This document shows, piece by piece, positions 8,713 through 17,775 of a stretch of 64,000 nt of DNA; position 1 is the stretch's first letter, and each line of letters begins with the position of its first letter. The stretch is taken from assembly GCA_040219135.1 (NCBI GenBank), contig JAVJTA010000021.1, positions 75,628 to 139,627 of the forward strand. Direction: 5' to 3'. The notes beneath the pieces are model-generated. The model had not been told where the DNA came from and did not search any database. It saw only the letters and a list, made by a program, of their open reading frames with translations. The position numbers and the translations under genes were made by a program. This DNA is from Pseudomonadales bacterium. Its GTDB lineage: Bacteria > Pseudomonadota > Gammaproteobacteria > Pseudomonadales > Azotimanducaceae.

Positions 8713-9774
8713 ATGCCGTCGCAGGACGGCGGCGACGGACAGGGTCCCTGGGGCACGGGCAACGCGCCTCCCGATCTCGAGGCGCTGATTCGGCAGTGGC
8801 GCGAACGGTTCAAGCAATTCTCTCCGACCGGAGGACCGAGCGGCGTGATCGTCGTTGCCCTGGTCGTCCTGGCCGGCCTCCTCGCCTGGACCGCCTACTA
8901 CACGGTGCCGAGCGATTCCGTCGCGGTCGTTCAGCGCTTCGGCAAATACCTGAAGGATGTCCCCGCGGGATTGCACTTCAAACTGCCGCTCGGCATCGAC
9001 TCTGCCACCATCGTTCCGGTGAAGCGGCAACTGAAGCAGGAATTCGGATTCACGACTCCGGGTGCCCGCGATCCGTATCAGACTGGACTCGGCGCACAGG
9101 ACACCAAGCGGGAAACCGAGATGGTGACGGGAGACCTAAACGCCGCATTGGTGGAATGGGTGGTTCAGTACCGCATATCCAACCCGGTGAAATTTCTCTT
9201 CGAGGTTCGTGAACCCAGCGAAACGCTCCGCTACGTCTCTGAATCCGTGATGCGCGAGGTGGTCGGCGACCGAACCGTCGACGAAGTCATCACCATCGGC
9301 AGGCAGGAGATCGAATCGGAAGCGCTGGCCAAGATGCAGGCGCTGTCCACCAAGTATGTGATGGGCATCAGTATCGACCAGGTGCAGTTGAAGAACATCA
9401 ATCCGCCGGAACCCGTGCAGGAGTCCTTCAACGAGGTCAACCAGGCGCAGCAGGAGAAGGAAAAGCTGATCAACGAGGCGCGCCGAGACTACAACAAGGT
9501 GATTCCGCTGGCCGAAGGCGAGAAGGACCAGCGTATCCGCGAGGCGGACGGCTACCGGCTCAAGCGCATCAACGAAGCGGAGGGCGACGTCGCCCGGTTC
9601 AGTGCGCTTCTGGCCGAATACACCAAGGCGCCGGAAGTCACACGACGGCGAATCTACATCGAGACCCTGCAGGGCGTGCTGCCCGGGATCCGCTCGAAAG
9701 TCATCATCGATGGGCAGACACCGGGAATCCTGCCGCTGCTCAATCTCGACGCACGAACGGTCGAGGGCCCATGA
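8713..9774 (+). CDS. hflK: FtsH protease modulator HflK
   Basis: 353 aa. Gly-rich N-terminus with PPDLEALIRQW, a single TM segment, and an SPFH/band-7 domain (VVQRFGKYLKDVPAGLHFKLP). Directly followed by hflC. Confidence 0.9.
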   Translation: MPSQDGGDGQGPWGTGNAPPDLEALIRQWRERFKQFSPTGGPSGVIVVALVVLAGLLAWTAYYTVPSDSVAVVQRFGKYLKDVPAGLHFKLPLGIDSATIVPVKRQLKQEFGFTTPGARDPYQTGLGAQDTKRETEMVTGDLNAALVEWVVQYRISNPVKFLFEVREPSETLRYVSESVMREVVGDRTVDEVITIGRQEIESEALAKMQALSTKYVMGISIDQVQLKNINPPEPVQESFNEVNQAQQEKEKLINEARRDYNKVIPLAEGEKDQRIREADGYRLKRINEAEGDVARFSALLAEYTKAPEVTRRRIYIETLQGVLPGIRSKVIIDGQTPGILPLLNLDARTVEGP

Positions 9775-10754
9775 ACCGCATCGCACAGATCGTCCTGCTC
9801 GCAGGCCTCGGTGTCGCAACGTATCTCGTTGCGAACTCGATCTACACGGTGAGCGAAGTCGAACAGGTGATCATCACCCAGTTCGGCAGACCGATCGGCG
9901 AACCGATTACGACTGCCGGACTCAAGCTCAAACTGCCCCTCATCCAGGAGGTCAACGCGATCGACAAACGGGTGCTCGAGTGGGATGGCACGCCGTCGGA
10001 CATGCCCACCAAAGACAAGTTGTACATCTCCGTCGATCTGTTCGCCCGCTGGCGTATCGTCGATCCACTGCAGTACTTTCTGCGGCTGCGCGACGAGCGT
10101 AGCGCTCAGTCCCGCCTTGACGACATTCTCGGTAGCGAGACCCGAAACGCCGTCGCCAAGCACGAACTCATCGAGATCATCCGTACGACCAGAGATCGCG
10201 TACCGCTTCGGGACGCGCTGCTGACCGACGCAGAGAAGGAGCTCAACATGGGCTCTCTCGTGCCGATAAACAAGGGCCGCCAGCTGGTGGAAAGCGAGAT
10301 CTTCGCCGCCGCAGCCGAGAAGGTTCTGGTCTTTGGTATCGAGCTGCTCGATATCCGATTCAAGCGCATCAACTACAACGATAGCGTGCGCCCGAAAATC
10401 TACGACCGGATGATCAGCGAACGAAGGCAGATCGCTGAGCGATTCCTCTCCGAGGGGAACGGGGAAGCCGCCCGGATCCGCGGCAACCGAGTTCGGGATC
10501 TGAACAAGATCCAGTCGGAAGCCTACCGAGAGGTTGAGGAAATCCGCGGCGTCGCGGATGCCAGGGCCACGGAGATCTACGCCTCGGCATACAACCAGAG
10601 TCCGCAAGCCGTGAGGTTCTACGAGTTCACTCGAACCATGCAGTCCTATCAGACCATCATATCCGAGAACACAACGCTGGTGCTCTCGACCGACAGCGAG
10701 CTGTTCGGATTTCTCCAGAGCATGAACGGGAACGAGACAGACGCTGCCGATTGA
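9771..10754 (+). CDS. hflC: FtsH protease modulator HflC
   Basis: 327 aa. N-terminal TM segment and SPFH domain (YTVSEVEQVIITQFGRPIG). The ATG overlaps the hflK stop (ATGA at 9771-9774). Confidence 0.9.
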   Translation: MNRIAQIVLLAGLGVATYLVANSIYTVSEVEQVIITQFGRPIGEPITTAGLKLKLPLIQEVNAIDKRVLEWDGTPSDMPTKDKLYISVDLFARWRIVDPLQYFLRLRDERSAQSRLDDILGSETRNAVAKHELIEIIRTTRDRVPLRDALLTDAEKELNMGSLVPINKGRQLVESEIFAAAAEKVLVFGIELLDIRFKRINYNDSVRPKIYDRMISERRQIAERFLSEGNGEAARIRGNRVRDLNKIQSEAYREVEEIRGVADARATEIYASAYNQSPQAVRFYEFTRTMQSYQTIISENTTLVLSTDSELFGFLQSMNGNETDAAD

Positions 10755-10908
10755 GTGCCGGCCGTCCCGGGAACACAGATCATCGAGTCGCCCCCGCGTT
10801 GGCGCGCCAGCGCACCGACGCCGGGCAGTTCCGCTGGCAATCTGGTCAGCGTTCGATCGGGCGTTCCGCAATCCCGCGGCCACTGCATCGAACCCGCATA
10901 GGCAAGCC

Positions 10909-11139
10909 ATGGACAAGCCAACCGTTCCGAGCGTCGACGAGATCAAGGGTAAGTGGAAGCAACACGTGGGTGCCGCCAAGCTCGCCTGGGGCAAGCTCAC
11001 CGAGGACGAGCTGTTGAAGGCGGAGGGCCGTCAAGACAAGTTGGCCGGTGCCATCGAAGAACGCTACGCCATCACCCGGGACGAAGCCGACCGTCAGGTT
11101 AAACGGTTCTTCGAGACGCTGAACCCGCGAAAGAAATGA
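10909..11139 (+). CDS. CsbD family stress protein
   Basis: 76 aa with the typical CsbD pattern: IKGKWKQHVGAAKLAWGKLTEDELLKAEGRQDKLAGAIEERYAITRDEA. Confidence 0.85.
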   Translation: MDKPTVPSVDEIKGKWKQHVGAAKLAWGKLTEDELLKAEGRQDKLAGAIEERYAITRDEADRQVKRFFETLNPRKK

Positions 11140-11263
11140 CCCCTACCCCGAAACTGCGTTCGTCGCGCACGTCACGTGCGCTAACGCACCGAGGGAAAAG
11201 GCGCCGCGGAGTTAGTCTGGGTCCGTTCGAATGCTTCTTCATTGACACCGGGAGTGCTGCATC

Positions 11264-11410
11264 ATGCTGGAAACCATTGCGATCGTGCTGATAATCCTGT
11301 GGGCCCTGGGGATGGTCTCCTCGGTCACCATGGGAGGATTGGTCCACATCCTGCTCGTGGGGGCGTTGATCGTCATCGCCATCCGAGTCATACAGGGCAG
11401 ACGGATCTAG
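11264..11410 (+). CDS. lmo0937-family small membrane protein (48 aa)
   Basis: Below the track size cutoff. Sequence is MLETIAIVLIILWALGMVSSVTMGGLVHILLVGALIVIAIRVIQGRRI, two TM helices with a basic tail as in the lmo0937 family. GGGAG lies upstream. Confidence 0.7.
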   Translation: MLETIAIVLIILWALGMVSSVTMGGLVHILLVGALIVIAIRVIQGRRI

Positions 11411-11465
11411 TTACCCCTTCATCGTCACGGCCGCGTTCGAGCAGACCGGCGCCAGGAGGGCACGA

Positions 11466-11948
11466 TCAGTTGATCGGCCCCACGTCACAATTGCTCAGCC
11501 GCAGGCTGGGGGGCGTGGTGGAGAACTCGAATGGCGCCGCTTTGCGCAGCGCGCTCAACCCCAGCAGACCACGCGAGGCGCCGGGCAAGACGGCCGCCTC
11601 AACGTCGCGCAGCCGGCATCGCTCACCGACGACAATCTCGTCGAGACGATAAACGGACACCTGAAGCACGGTCCCGTCGGCCAGCTGGCCGTCGAGTTCG
11701 CGCACGTAGGTTGCCGTTCCCGCCAGCTTGGACCGATGGAGGGTCTCATCGGTGATGGTCATGAATCCGGCGCCGGTATCGACCAGGTAGTCTTCGTGCG
11801 AAGCGCCGGCGACCGCTACCTGAATATAGAAAGTGCCCATTTCCTGGTGCGGCAGGATAGGCACCAGGGTGTCGGCCACGGCAACCGCACACGAAGCGCA
11901 AGCGGCCACAGCCAACACGCTCAGTATTCGCGCAGCTAGATTGCCCAA
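11466..11948 (-). CDS. Retropepsin-like (clan AA) aspartic protease, exported
   Basis: 160 aa. Signal peptide, then the catalytic LVDTGAG motif embedded in GTFYIQVAVAGASHEDYLVDTGAGFMTIT, resembling the TIGR02281-type family. Confidence 0.75.
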   Translation of the reverse strand: MGNLAARILSVLAVAACASCAVAVADTLVPILPHQEMGTFYIQVAVAGASHEDYLVDTGAGFMTITDETLHRSKLAGTATYVRELDGQLADGTVLQVSVYRLDEIVVGERCRLRDVEAAVLPGASRGLLGLSALRKAAPFEFSTTPPSLRLSNCDVGPIN

Positions 11949-12026
11949 ACCGACCCCGGCATACCCCTGAACGCCTAAGCGTAGCAGAGGTAGTCGGAGT
12001 TGCCGCGTTAATCTAAGGTCGCGACC

Positions 12027-12563
12027 TCATGCGTTGAGTTGCTCCATGCGATTCACTACGTTGCGCGAAACGCCGTGGTCCAGAAGATAGCCCCGCTCGA
12101 CCTCGGTCAGCTCAAAGACATGGCCGGTCGCCCGCAGGCGCGAGAGCATTTCCGTGTCGGTCAGTCGCGCCTGCGACATGGCTATGATCTCGTCCGCGGT
12201 TACGAAGCCGTCGCTGTTCAAATCGGCCGTCGTCGCTCGGCCAACGTCGCCCACGGTGGCCGGGTGACGCTGCGCCCGGTCGATGGCCGCCTGTGCGGCA
12301 TTACGATCTTCATCTCTGCCGGCAAGCTGATCGCGATTCGCGCCGATCATGTAGCCACCGCCTGCGCCGAGCAGGCCCCCGAGCAACGCGCCGAGCAGCC
12401 GGTGATCGCCGCCGGCGACCATGGCGCCAGCCGCCGCTCCCGCCGCGCTCCCGACGACGACACCCTGCTCCTTCGACGAGCCCGGTAGATCTGCACACCC
12501 AGACACGAGCGACGTGATCAAAGCGCCTCCGATCACCCATACATCAAGTCGGAAATTCGTCAT
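12027..12563 (-). CDS. Lipoprotein with glycine-zipper segment and one canonical EF-hand loop
   Basis: Lipobox LVSGC. Glycine zipper GSAAGAAAGAMVAGG...GALLGGLLGAGGGYMIGA. EF loop DLNSDGFVTADE. Confidence 0.7.
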   Translation of the reverse strand: MTNFRLDVWVIGGALITSLVSGCADLPGSSKEQGVVVGSAAGAAAGAMVAGGDHRLLGALLGGLLGAGGGYMIGANRDQLAGRDEDRNAAQAAIDRAQRHPATVGDVGRATTADLNSDGFVTADEIIAMSQARLTDTEMLSRLRATGHVFELTEVERGYLLDHGVSRNVVNRMEQLNA

Positions 12564-12798
12564 GGTTGCTGTCCTCTATCGTTTTCAATTCAAGCCCGGA
12601 CAATCTCGCGCCCAGCGACGCTCAAGTCTGTTCGCTGGATTACACAGAAGCGTTCCGAAACCGCGCACAGGCCGCTCAAGCAAAGAGGGCGCGCGGCCCC
12701 ATTTTCGCAGGCTGTGTGAGCTACCGAACAGTCGCGAGCAGCGGCTGCGACCAAAGTAACGAGGCAAACAAATACAAGCAGAACTGGAGTCAAAGACT

Positions 12799-13467
12799 AT
12801 GTTCACACGAACACTTCTGGCCGGTGCCATTGCACTCAGCGCCAGCATGGCCGTGCTCGCCGAGAACCCTGCGAGCGCGCCAGCGGACAAGGCGCCGCAG
12901 ATCGGCAAGATCAGCGAATGGATCGGCAAGTCGGTGATGGATCAACAGGGCAACAGCGTCGGCAATCTCAAGGATTTCGCGGTCAACCTGGATGATGCCA
13001 CTATCCCGTTTGCCGTCGTCGAGCTGGACGGCATGTTCAGCTCGAAGAGCATCGCCGTACCGCTCTCAGCACTCGAAGCCGTCCCAGGTGACAAATCGGC
13101 CGTGTCGCTTGCGGCTACTGAATCCCAATGGAAAGCCGCAAAGACCTTCGACAAGGAAAGCTGGCCGCTGACTGCAACCCTCATGACCGGCCCAACCGCA
13201 GCCGCCGCGGTTGCTGCGCGTACCACGGCACCGGCGCCCTCAGCCCGTGAACCAGTGATGACGGATCAGGACCGCGAGTTCACGAACATGGACCGCGACA
13301 GCGACGGCTATCTGAGCACGTCCGAGATCGAAGCTCGGAGCGGCCTGTCGATGATTCGAGATTCGGACACCAACCATGATGGCCGCATAGACAGAGCTGA
13401 ATTCTCGGCTTTCGAGGCCATGGAGCAGAAGTCCAGGAACGACGCCGACGGGTCCGACAAGCGATAA
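12799..13467 (+). CDS. Exported PRC-barrel domain protein with two C-terminal EF-hand loops
   Basis: Signal peptide MFTRTLLAGAIALSASMAVLA. PRC-barrel-like WIGKSVMDQQGNSVGNLKDFAVNLDDATIPFAVVELDG. EF loops DRDSDGYLSTSE and DTNHDGRIDRAE. Confidence 0.75.
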   Translation: MFTRTLLAGAIALSASMAVLAENPASAPADKAPQIGKISEWIGKSVMDQQGNSVGNLKDFAVNLDDATIPFAVVELDGMFSSKSIAVPLSALEAVPGDKSAVSLAATESQWKAAKTFDKESWPLTATLMTGPTAAAAVAARTTAPAPSAREPVMTDQDREFTNMDRDSDGYLSTSEIEARSGLSMIRDSDTNHDGRIDRAEFSAFEAMEQKSRNDADGSDKR

Positions 13468-13490
13468 ACGGGCTCAGAAACGACCGCTAC

Positions 13491-13526
13491 GTCGGGCGCG
13501 GCGGCATCGCCGCGCCGACTCTCTTC
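13491..13526 (+). terminator. Probable intrinsic terminator after the PRC-barrel gene
   Basis: GC-rich hairpin GTCGGGCGCGGCG / CGCCGCGCCGAC (one bulge, GCAT loop) at 13491-13519, followed by the T-rich run TCTCTTC. Confidence 0.45.
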
Positions 13527-13644
13527 GATGGGGTGTGATCGCCATGAACACGTGGAAGGTACCGGGAAAGGCCAGCGCTCCCGGTTCGCTGCTGATTCTC
13601 TTGCGGCAAAGCTACTCGTGAATCCGCAGCAACTCTGCACCAAC

Positions 13645-14019
13645 ATGACGGCGGCTGTCGGACTCGCTCAAATCGAAGCCGTGCTGGCCGTCGGTCTCGA
13701 TGGCAGGCTCGTCTACGTCAATCGCCACGTCGAGTTGCTGACCGGAAGATCTCGGAGCGACCTTCTGGGCATGCCGCTCTCGTGGCTATTCCCCGAGGAC
13801 GGCGACCAGCCCGGCCAGGGCGTCTGCAGCCTTGCGGCCCGGGCGATGGAAGAGAGCCGTCGACTCGGTCCGGGCATCGATTGGGTACGCAGCGCCGACA
13901 ACGCCGTTCAGCCGGTTGCCGAGTGCTATGTCGCGCCCATCTGCAACCGCTACGGTCTGACTTCCGGCGCGATGATCGTCGTGCGGGGAATCAATGAACG
14001 CGTGGCGTTGCGCGCCTGA
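13645..14019 (+). CDS. Stand-alone PAS domain protein
   Basis: ATG at 13645 gives 124 aa. PAS-like LAVGLDGRLVYVNRHVELLTGRSRSDLLGMPLSWLF ... AMIVVRGI. The start is uncertain; the track ORF begins at 13528. Confidence 0.55.
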   Translation: MTAAVGLAQIEAVLAVGLDGRLVYVNRHVELLTGRSRSDLLGMPLSWLFPEDGDQPGQGVCSLAARAMEESRRLGPGIDWVRSADNAVQPVAECYVAPICNRYGLTSGAMIVVRGINERVALRA

Positions 14020-14279
14020 TCGCACCTGGCCCCACGGCCCGAATCGGCCGCTCAACCGCGTGACACCGTTGCGTCCGGGACCACTCAATCGCTCTGCCTT
14101 TGCCGATGTTTCTCCATACCCGTCAACCAAGTGGAATTCCACGGAAATCCGCGAGCCCGCGCAGCTGTGTCAATCGAGCCTGGAACCGGAACCGAATTCG
14201 CTATGAGCGCTAGCGTACAGAGGGTAAGCTTGAGGGCCGGGCATCTTCAGCGACCGCCGGGTTGCCCAACGAGGCGTAC

Positions 14280-15054
14280 ATGCAGAAGGATCCCAGCAAG
14301 CCTCGACCAACCGAGGATGGGGCATCAAGCCCGAACCAAAATCACCTGCTGGATGCGCTCCCGGCTGCGGAATATGACCGCATAGCTGAGAATCTGGAGC
14401 TCATACCCCTGAAGCTCGGTCAGGTTCTGTACGAACCCGGCTCGAGATTAAAGTACGTCTACTTCCCGACGACATCGATTCTGTCTCTGTTGTACGTGAT
14501 GGCCGACGGCGCTTCCGCGGAAATCGCCATTGTAGGAAACGAGGGAATTCTCGGAATCTCGCTGTTCATGGGTGGCGACACCACGCCGAGCTGGGCTGTC
14601 GTGCAGAGTGCGGGGTTCGCCTACCGGCTGAAGGCCGGGCTGCTGCAAGAGGAATTCGGTCGGTTTGGTCCCACGATGGAGCTGCTGCTCCGCTATACCC
14701 AGGCGTTGATTACCCAGATGTCGCAGACCGCCGTCTGCAATCGGCACCACACCATCGATCAGCAGCTTTGCCGATGGCTGCTCCTGAGCCTGGACCGGTT
14801 GCCGTCGAACGAGCTGTCGATGACTCAGGAGCTGATCGCCAATATGCTGGGCGTGCGCCGCGAGGGCGGAGGCTGCGGGTCGCCTGCAGGACGTCGGCCT
14901 GATTCGTTACCGGCGCGGCAAGATCACCGTTCTCGATCGGCCACGGCTGGAGCAGCGATGCTGCGAATGCTACCGGGTCGTGAAAGATGAATTCGATCGG
15001 CTGCTCCCCTGGAATCGCCGCGCCACACAGAAGACCAGCGACACACCTGCCTGA
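14280..15054 (+). pseudogene. Crp/Fnr-family regulator with a frame disruption inside the HTH (near 14866-14869)
   Basis: The cNMP-binding domain is intact in frame 0 (LLDALPAAEYDRI...AIVGNEGILG). After MLGVRREG the expected HTH continuation EAAGRLQDVGLIRYRRGKITVLDRPRLEQ is found in the next frame and runs to TGA 15052-15054. Confidence 0.7.
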
Positions 15055-15114
15055 CCCCTCGCACGGTACGGTGGCGCGCAGACGGGGCCGCCAGCCGTGC
15101 CGTACCCTCGCGCC

Positions 15115-15819
15115 ATGCCAAGCAATCAGCATGCGTCCGGGGCGAATCGACTTCTAGCGACATTGCCGGAGCGCGACCGCCGGCACATGCTCGCCAGAGC
15201 CGAGACCGTGCAGCTGACGGGTGGCGAAACACTGTATGACGAAGGAGATCTCAACCGGATCTACTTTCCCAGCAGCGGCTGCATCGCGCTGACCATGACC
15301 ATCGATGGCGCCGCTTCTCTGGAAGTCGCGCTGATCGGCGATGAAGGCGCGTGCGGGTTCGAACTCGTACTCGGAATCGACCGGTCCACGGTTAGAGCCG
15401 TGGCCCAGGGTGCTGGATCGGGCCTGCGCGTGAACACGGTGTCGTTCAAACGTCAGCTCGCCGCCAGCATACCCTTGGCCCGAATGATGGGTCGGTACGT
15501 TCACGTTCACCTCAACCAGCTCGCGCAGCTGGCTGCCTGCACTCGGTTCCATGTCGTCGAGCAACGTCTGGCCCGCTGGTTGCTCATGACTCAGGATCGT
15601 GCCCACGCGGATACCTTTCACCTCACCCACCAGTTGCTCAGTTCGATTCTCGGGGTCCGCAGGGTAGGCGTCACTCGAGCTGCCGGCGCGCTTCAGGATC
15701 GGGGTCTGATCGAATACCGCCGCGGCCGGATCACGGTGCTGAACCGGCGCGGACTCAAGACCGCCTCTTGCAGCTGCTACGCCGCGGACCGCAGGTCCTA
15801 CGAGAACGCATTCGAATAG
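15115..15819 (+). CDS. Crp/Fnr family transcriptional regulator (intact paralogue)
   Basis: 234 aa from ATG 15115. cNMP-binding-like domain plus C-terminal HTH ILGVRRVGVTRAAGALQDRGLIEYRRGRITVLN. Confidence 0.85.
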   Translation: MPSNQHASGANRLLATLPERDRRHMLARAETVQLTGGETLYDEGDLNRIYFPSSGCIALTMTIDGAASLEVALIGDEGACGFELVLGIDRSTVRAVAQGAGSGLRVNTVSFKRQLAASIPLARMMGRYVHVHLNQLAQLAACTRFHVVEQRLARWLLMTQDRAHADTFHLTHQLLSSILGVRRVGVTRAAGALQDRGLIEYRRGRITVLNRRGLKTASCSCYAADRRSYENAFE

Positions 15820-15838
15820 CACCCGATCGGATCAGGGC

Positions 15839-15865
15839 AAAAAAAACCCCCGGGGTTTCCGGGGG
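15839..15865 (-). terminator. Canonical Rho-independent terminator oriented for the minus strand
   Basis: 7-bp G/C stem (15847-15853 with 15859-15865) and a 5-nt loop. On the minus strand it is followed by eight U (plus-strand A-run at 15839-15846). No T-run follows in the plus orientation. Confidence 0.7.
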
Positions 15866-15908
15866 CTGGCCTACAGATCGGGGGAGGGGATGAGGCGTTC
15901 TGCAGGCC
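15839..15908 (-). ncRNA. Candidate small RNA 3' module: C-rich-loop hairpin plus terminator (5' end undefined, at most 16087)
   Basis: No minus-strand CDS lies upstream of the terminator. A 9-bp stem (15868-15876 with 15900-15908) contains a G-U pair that forms only in the minus-strand RNA. The 23-nt loop is AACGCCUCAUCCCCUCCCCCGAU. Confidence 0.3.
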
Positions 15909-16087
15909 GAGGGGGTTAGATCAGCATCGCACTGTTCCCTGCATCGGTCGGTGCGGTAGCGAACGCAGCAAGGCGCCGCAACCCGTCCGTACCGTAGCGC
16001 ACAGATCAGTCCGGACTGCGTGTGGTCAGATGCCGATACCCACAAACACGGCGCGCTCCGCCGTCTGATCCACATGGAAACAGCACG

Positions 16088-16285
16088 ATGACCAGAAACC
16101 AGACACTAGGCATCGCTCTCATCGCGGCCGGCGCTGTCCTGGCTTACTTCGGGTACCAGGCTTCGCAGAGCATCGGTGAGCAGGTCTACGAGACGTTTAC
16201 CGGGCGGTTCTCGGATTCGACCACGTGGTACTTCGTGTTCGGCGCGGTCGCTACCGTTGCCGGTCTGCTCATCATGCGCCGATGA
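16088..16285 (+). CDS. DUF3185-like small membrane protein
   Basis: 65 aa: MTRNQTLGIALIAAGAVLAYFGYQASQSIGEQVYETFTGRFSDSTTWYFVFGAVATVAGLLIMRR. Two TM helices flank a conserved FTGRF-type loop. Confidence 0.7.
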   Translation: MTRNQTLGIALIAAGAVLAYFGYQASQSIGEQVYETFTGRFSDSTTWYFVFGAVATVAGLLIMRR

Positions 16286-16303
16286 TGCCGGCGCTTGCGG
16301 GCA

Positions 16304-16510
16304 TCACTTGACCTCGAAGGTGACGTTCATGTGCACGCGATACCCCTCGACCTTGCCATCGTTGAGCATCACCACCTGATTCTTGATCCACGCCTGTTGA
16401 ATGTGGTTCACGGAATCGCCCGCCTTCTTCACGCCTTCCTTGATCGCGTCCTCAAAGCTGACGGTCGAGTCTGCGGATATCTCTATGGTCTTTGCTACGG
16501 TCATGGTCAT
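16304..16510 (-). CDS. Dodecin family protein
   Basis: 68 aa with the dodecin pattern: TIEISADSTVSFEDAIKEGVKKA...WIKNQVVMLNDGKVEGYRVHMNVTF. Confidence 0.85.
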   Translation of the reverse strand: MTMTVAKTIEISADSTVSFEDAIKEGVKKAGDSVNHIQQAWIKNQVVMLNDGKVEGYRVHMNVTFEVK

Positions 16511-16728
16511 TTCTCACTGTGGGAGATTGGGCTCTGGTCGTCACTGAGGACTCTGAACCCACCCGCCGCGTGTGTCAGTCTGCCATCGTACAGATGGATG
16601 ACCACGAACCGAAATCCAGCAGACTGCGCCCTCGCTATGGTGACTCCCGAGGGTGCCGACACCGTACAGAGATGCCCACCAGCATGGCGCACGACGCATG
16701 GCATATTCAGACGCGATTCGGAGACAGG

Positions 16729-17097
16729 ATGACATACGCAAAAAACTACCTGGCCGCCGCGCTCATCACGGCCGCTGGCTATGCCGCCGCGCCGCCGAGA
16801 CCGACGACTTCGCTCGACGCCGCACGCGCGGCCATCTCCAGTGCGGAGCGGATCGACGCAGGACGCTTCGCAGCATTCGATCTGGGGGAAGCGCGGAATC
16901 GTCTGGCATTTGCCGACACGGCAGTACGGGATGAAGACATGATGCTCGCCGAACGACTTGCCAACGAAGCCCGCGTCGGCGCCGAGCTCGCCTATGTCCG
17001 CACCGAGACGGTCAAGGCGGAGGCGATAAACGACGAGACGCAACGCGGCATAGCCGCGCTGATTGAAGAAATGCGGAGATCGGGAGAGAAACGATGA
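16729..17097 (+). CDS. DUF4398-like exported protein
   Basis: ATG at 16729 after GGAGA. 122 aa with a signal-like N-terminus and a helical DUF4398-type pattern (LDAARAAISSAE...LGEARNRLAFADTAV...LAERLANEARVGAELA). The stop overlaps the next ATG (ATGA at 17094-17097). Confidence 0.7.
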   Translation: MTYAKNYLAAALITAAGYAAAPPRPTTSLDAARAAISSAERIDAGRFAAFDLGEARNRLAFADTAVRDEDMMLAERLANEARVGAELAYVRTETVKAEAINDETQRGIAALIEEMRRSGEKR

Positions 17098-17775
17098 AAC
17101 GATACTTGCAGTGGCCGAGACCGCCGTGCGCCTTGCCGAAAAGCCGCTGACGAACAGTGTCCCGGACCAGGCGATCGGCAGTCATGGCGTCTACATGGCC
17201 GACCATATGGTTGAGATTGCCAACGCGAAAGCAGGCATGCGGTATGCCGAAGACCAGCGCGCGCTGCTGGCGCGGCAACGCGCCGATGCCCGGCTGGACG
17301 CGCGGACGCATGAGGCGGATCGCGCACGCGGCGAAGCGGACATGGCGGATGAAGCAGCCGCGCGCGCCTCGCTCGAGGCAACGAACTGAAACGCCAGATC
17401 GAGCTGCTCCAGGCCGAGGCAACCGACCGGGGAATCGTGCTCACGCTCGGTGATCTGCTGTTTGCATTCGACAATGCCGACCTTGCGGTCGGGGCTGCGG
17501 GCAACCTCGACAGGCTGGTGGCGTTTCTCAAGCAATCCCCCAACCGCGCTGTCGTTATCGAGGGTCATACCGACAACGTTGGCAGCGCCGGCTACAACCT
17601 GAATCTGTCCCAGCGGCGCGCCGATACCGTGCGCAGCTATCTGGTCCAGCAGGGCGTCGCATCGCAGCGCCTGTCCACCCAGGGACTCGGGCAGACCCAT
17701 CCGCTGGTGAGCAACGACGGCGAAGGCGGCCGCCAGCGAAACCGGCGCGTCGAGGTCATCATCCAGAATCCGCCG
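17094..17775 (+). pseudogene. OmpA-family (DUF4398-like plus OmpA_C peptidoglycan-binding) gene with an interrupted reading frame
   Basis: The OmpA_C domain is clear in frame 1 from 17353 (LKRQIELLQAEATDRGIVLTLGDLLFAF...IEGHTDNVGSAGYNLNLSQRRA...RNRRVEVIIQ). The helical part is in frame 2 and ends at TGA 17387-17389. ATG 17094 opens an 18-codon frame-0 ORF. There is no in-frame stop before 18747, so the 3' end is undefined. Confidence 0.6.

Noticed and set aside
10770-10800. GGAAC ... CGTT upstream of csbD, reminiscent of EcfG general-stress promoters
   Set aside because: The spacing between the two elements is 22 nt, not the 16-17 nt required. There is no other evidence for an EcfG system in this window.
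15914-15939. Minus-strand GGAACAG-N11-TCTAACC just upstream of the candidate sRNA hairpin, resembling an RpoE (sigmaE) promoter
   Set aside because: The spacer is about 5 nt too short compared with the sigmaE consensus as I recall it. I keep it only as something to re-examine if a 5' end maps near 15908.
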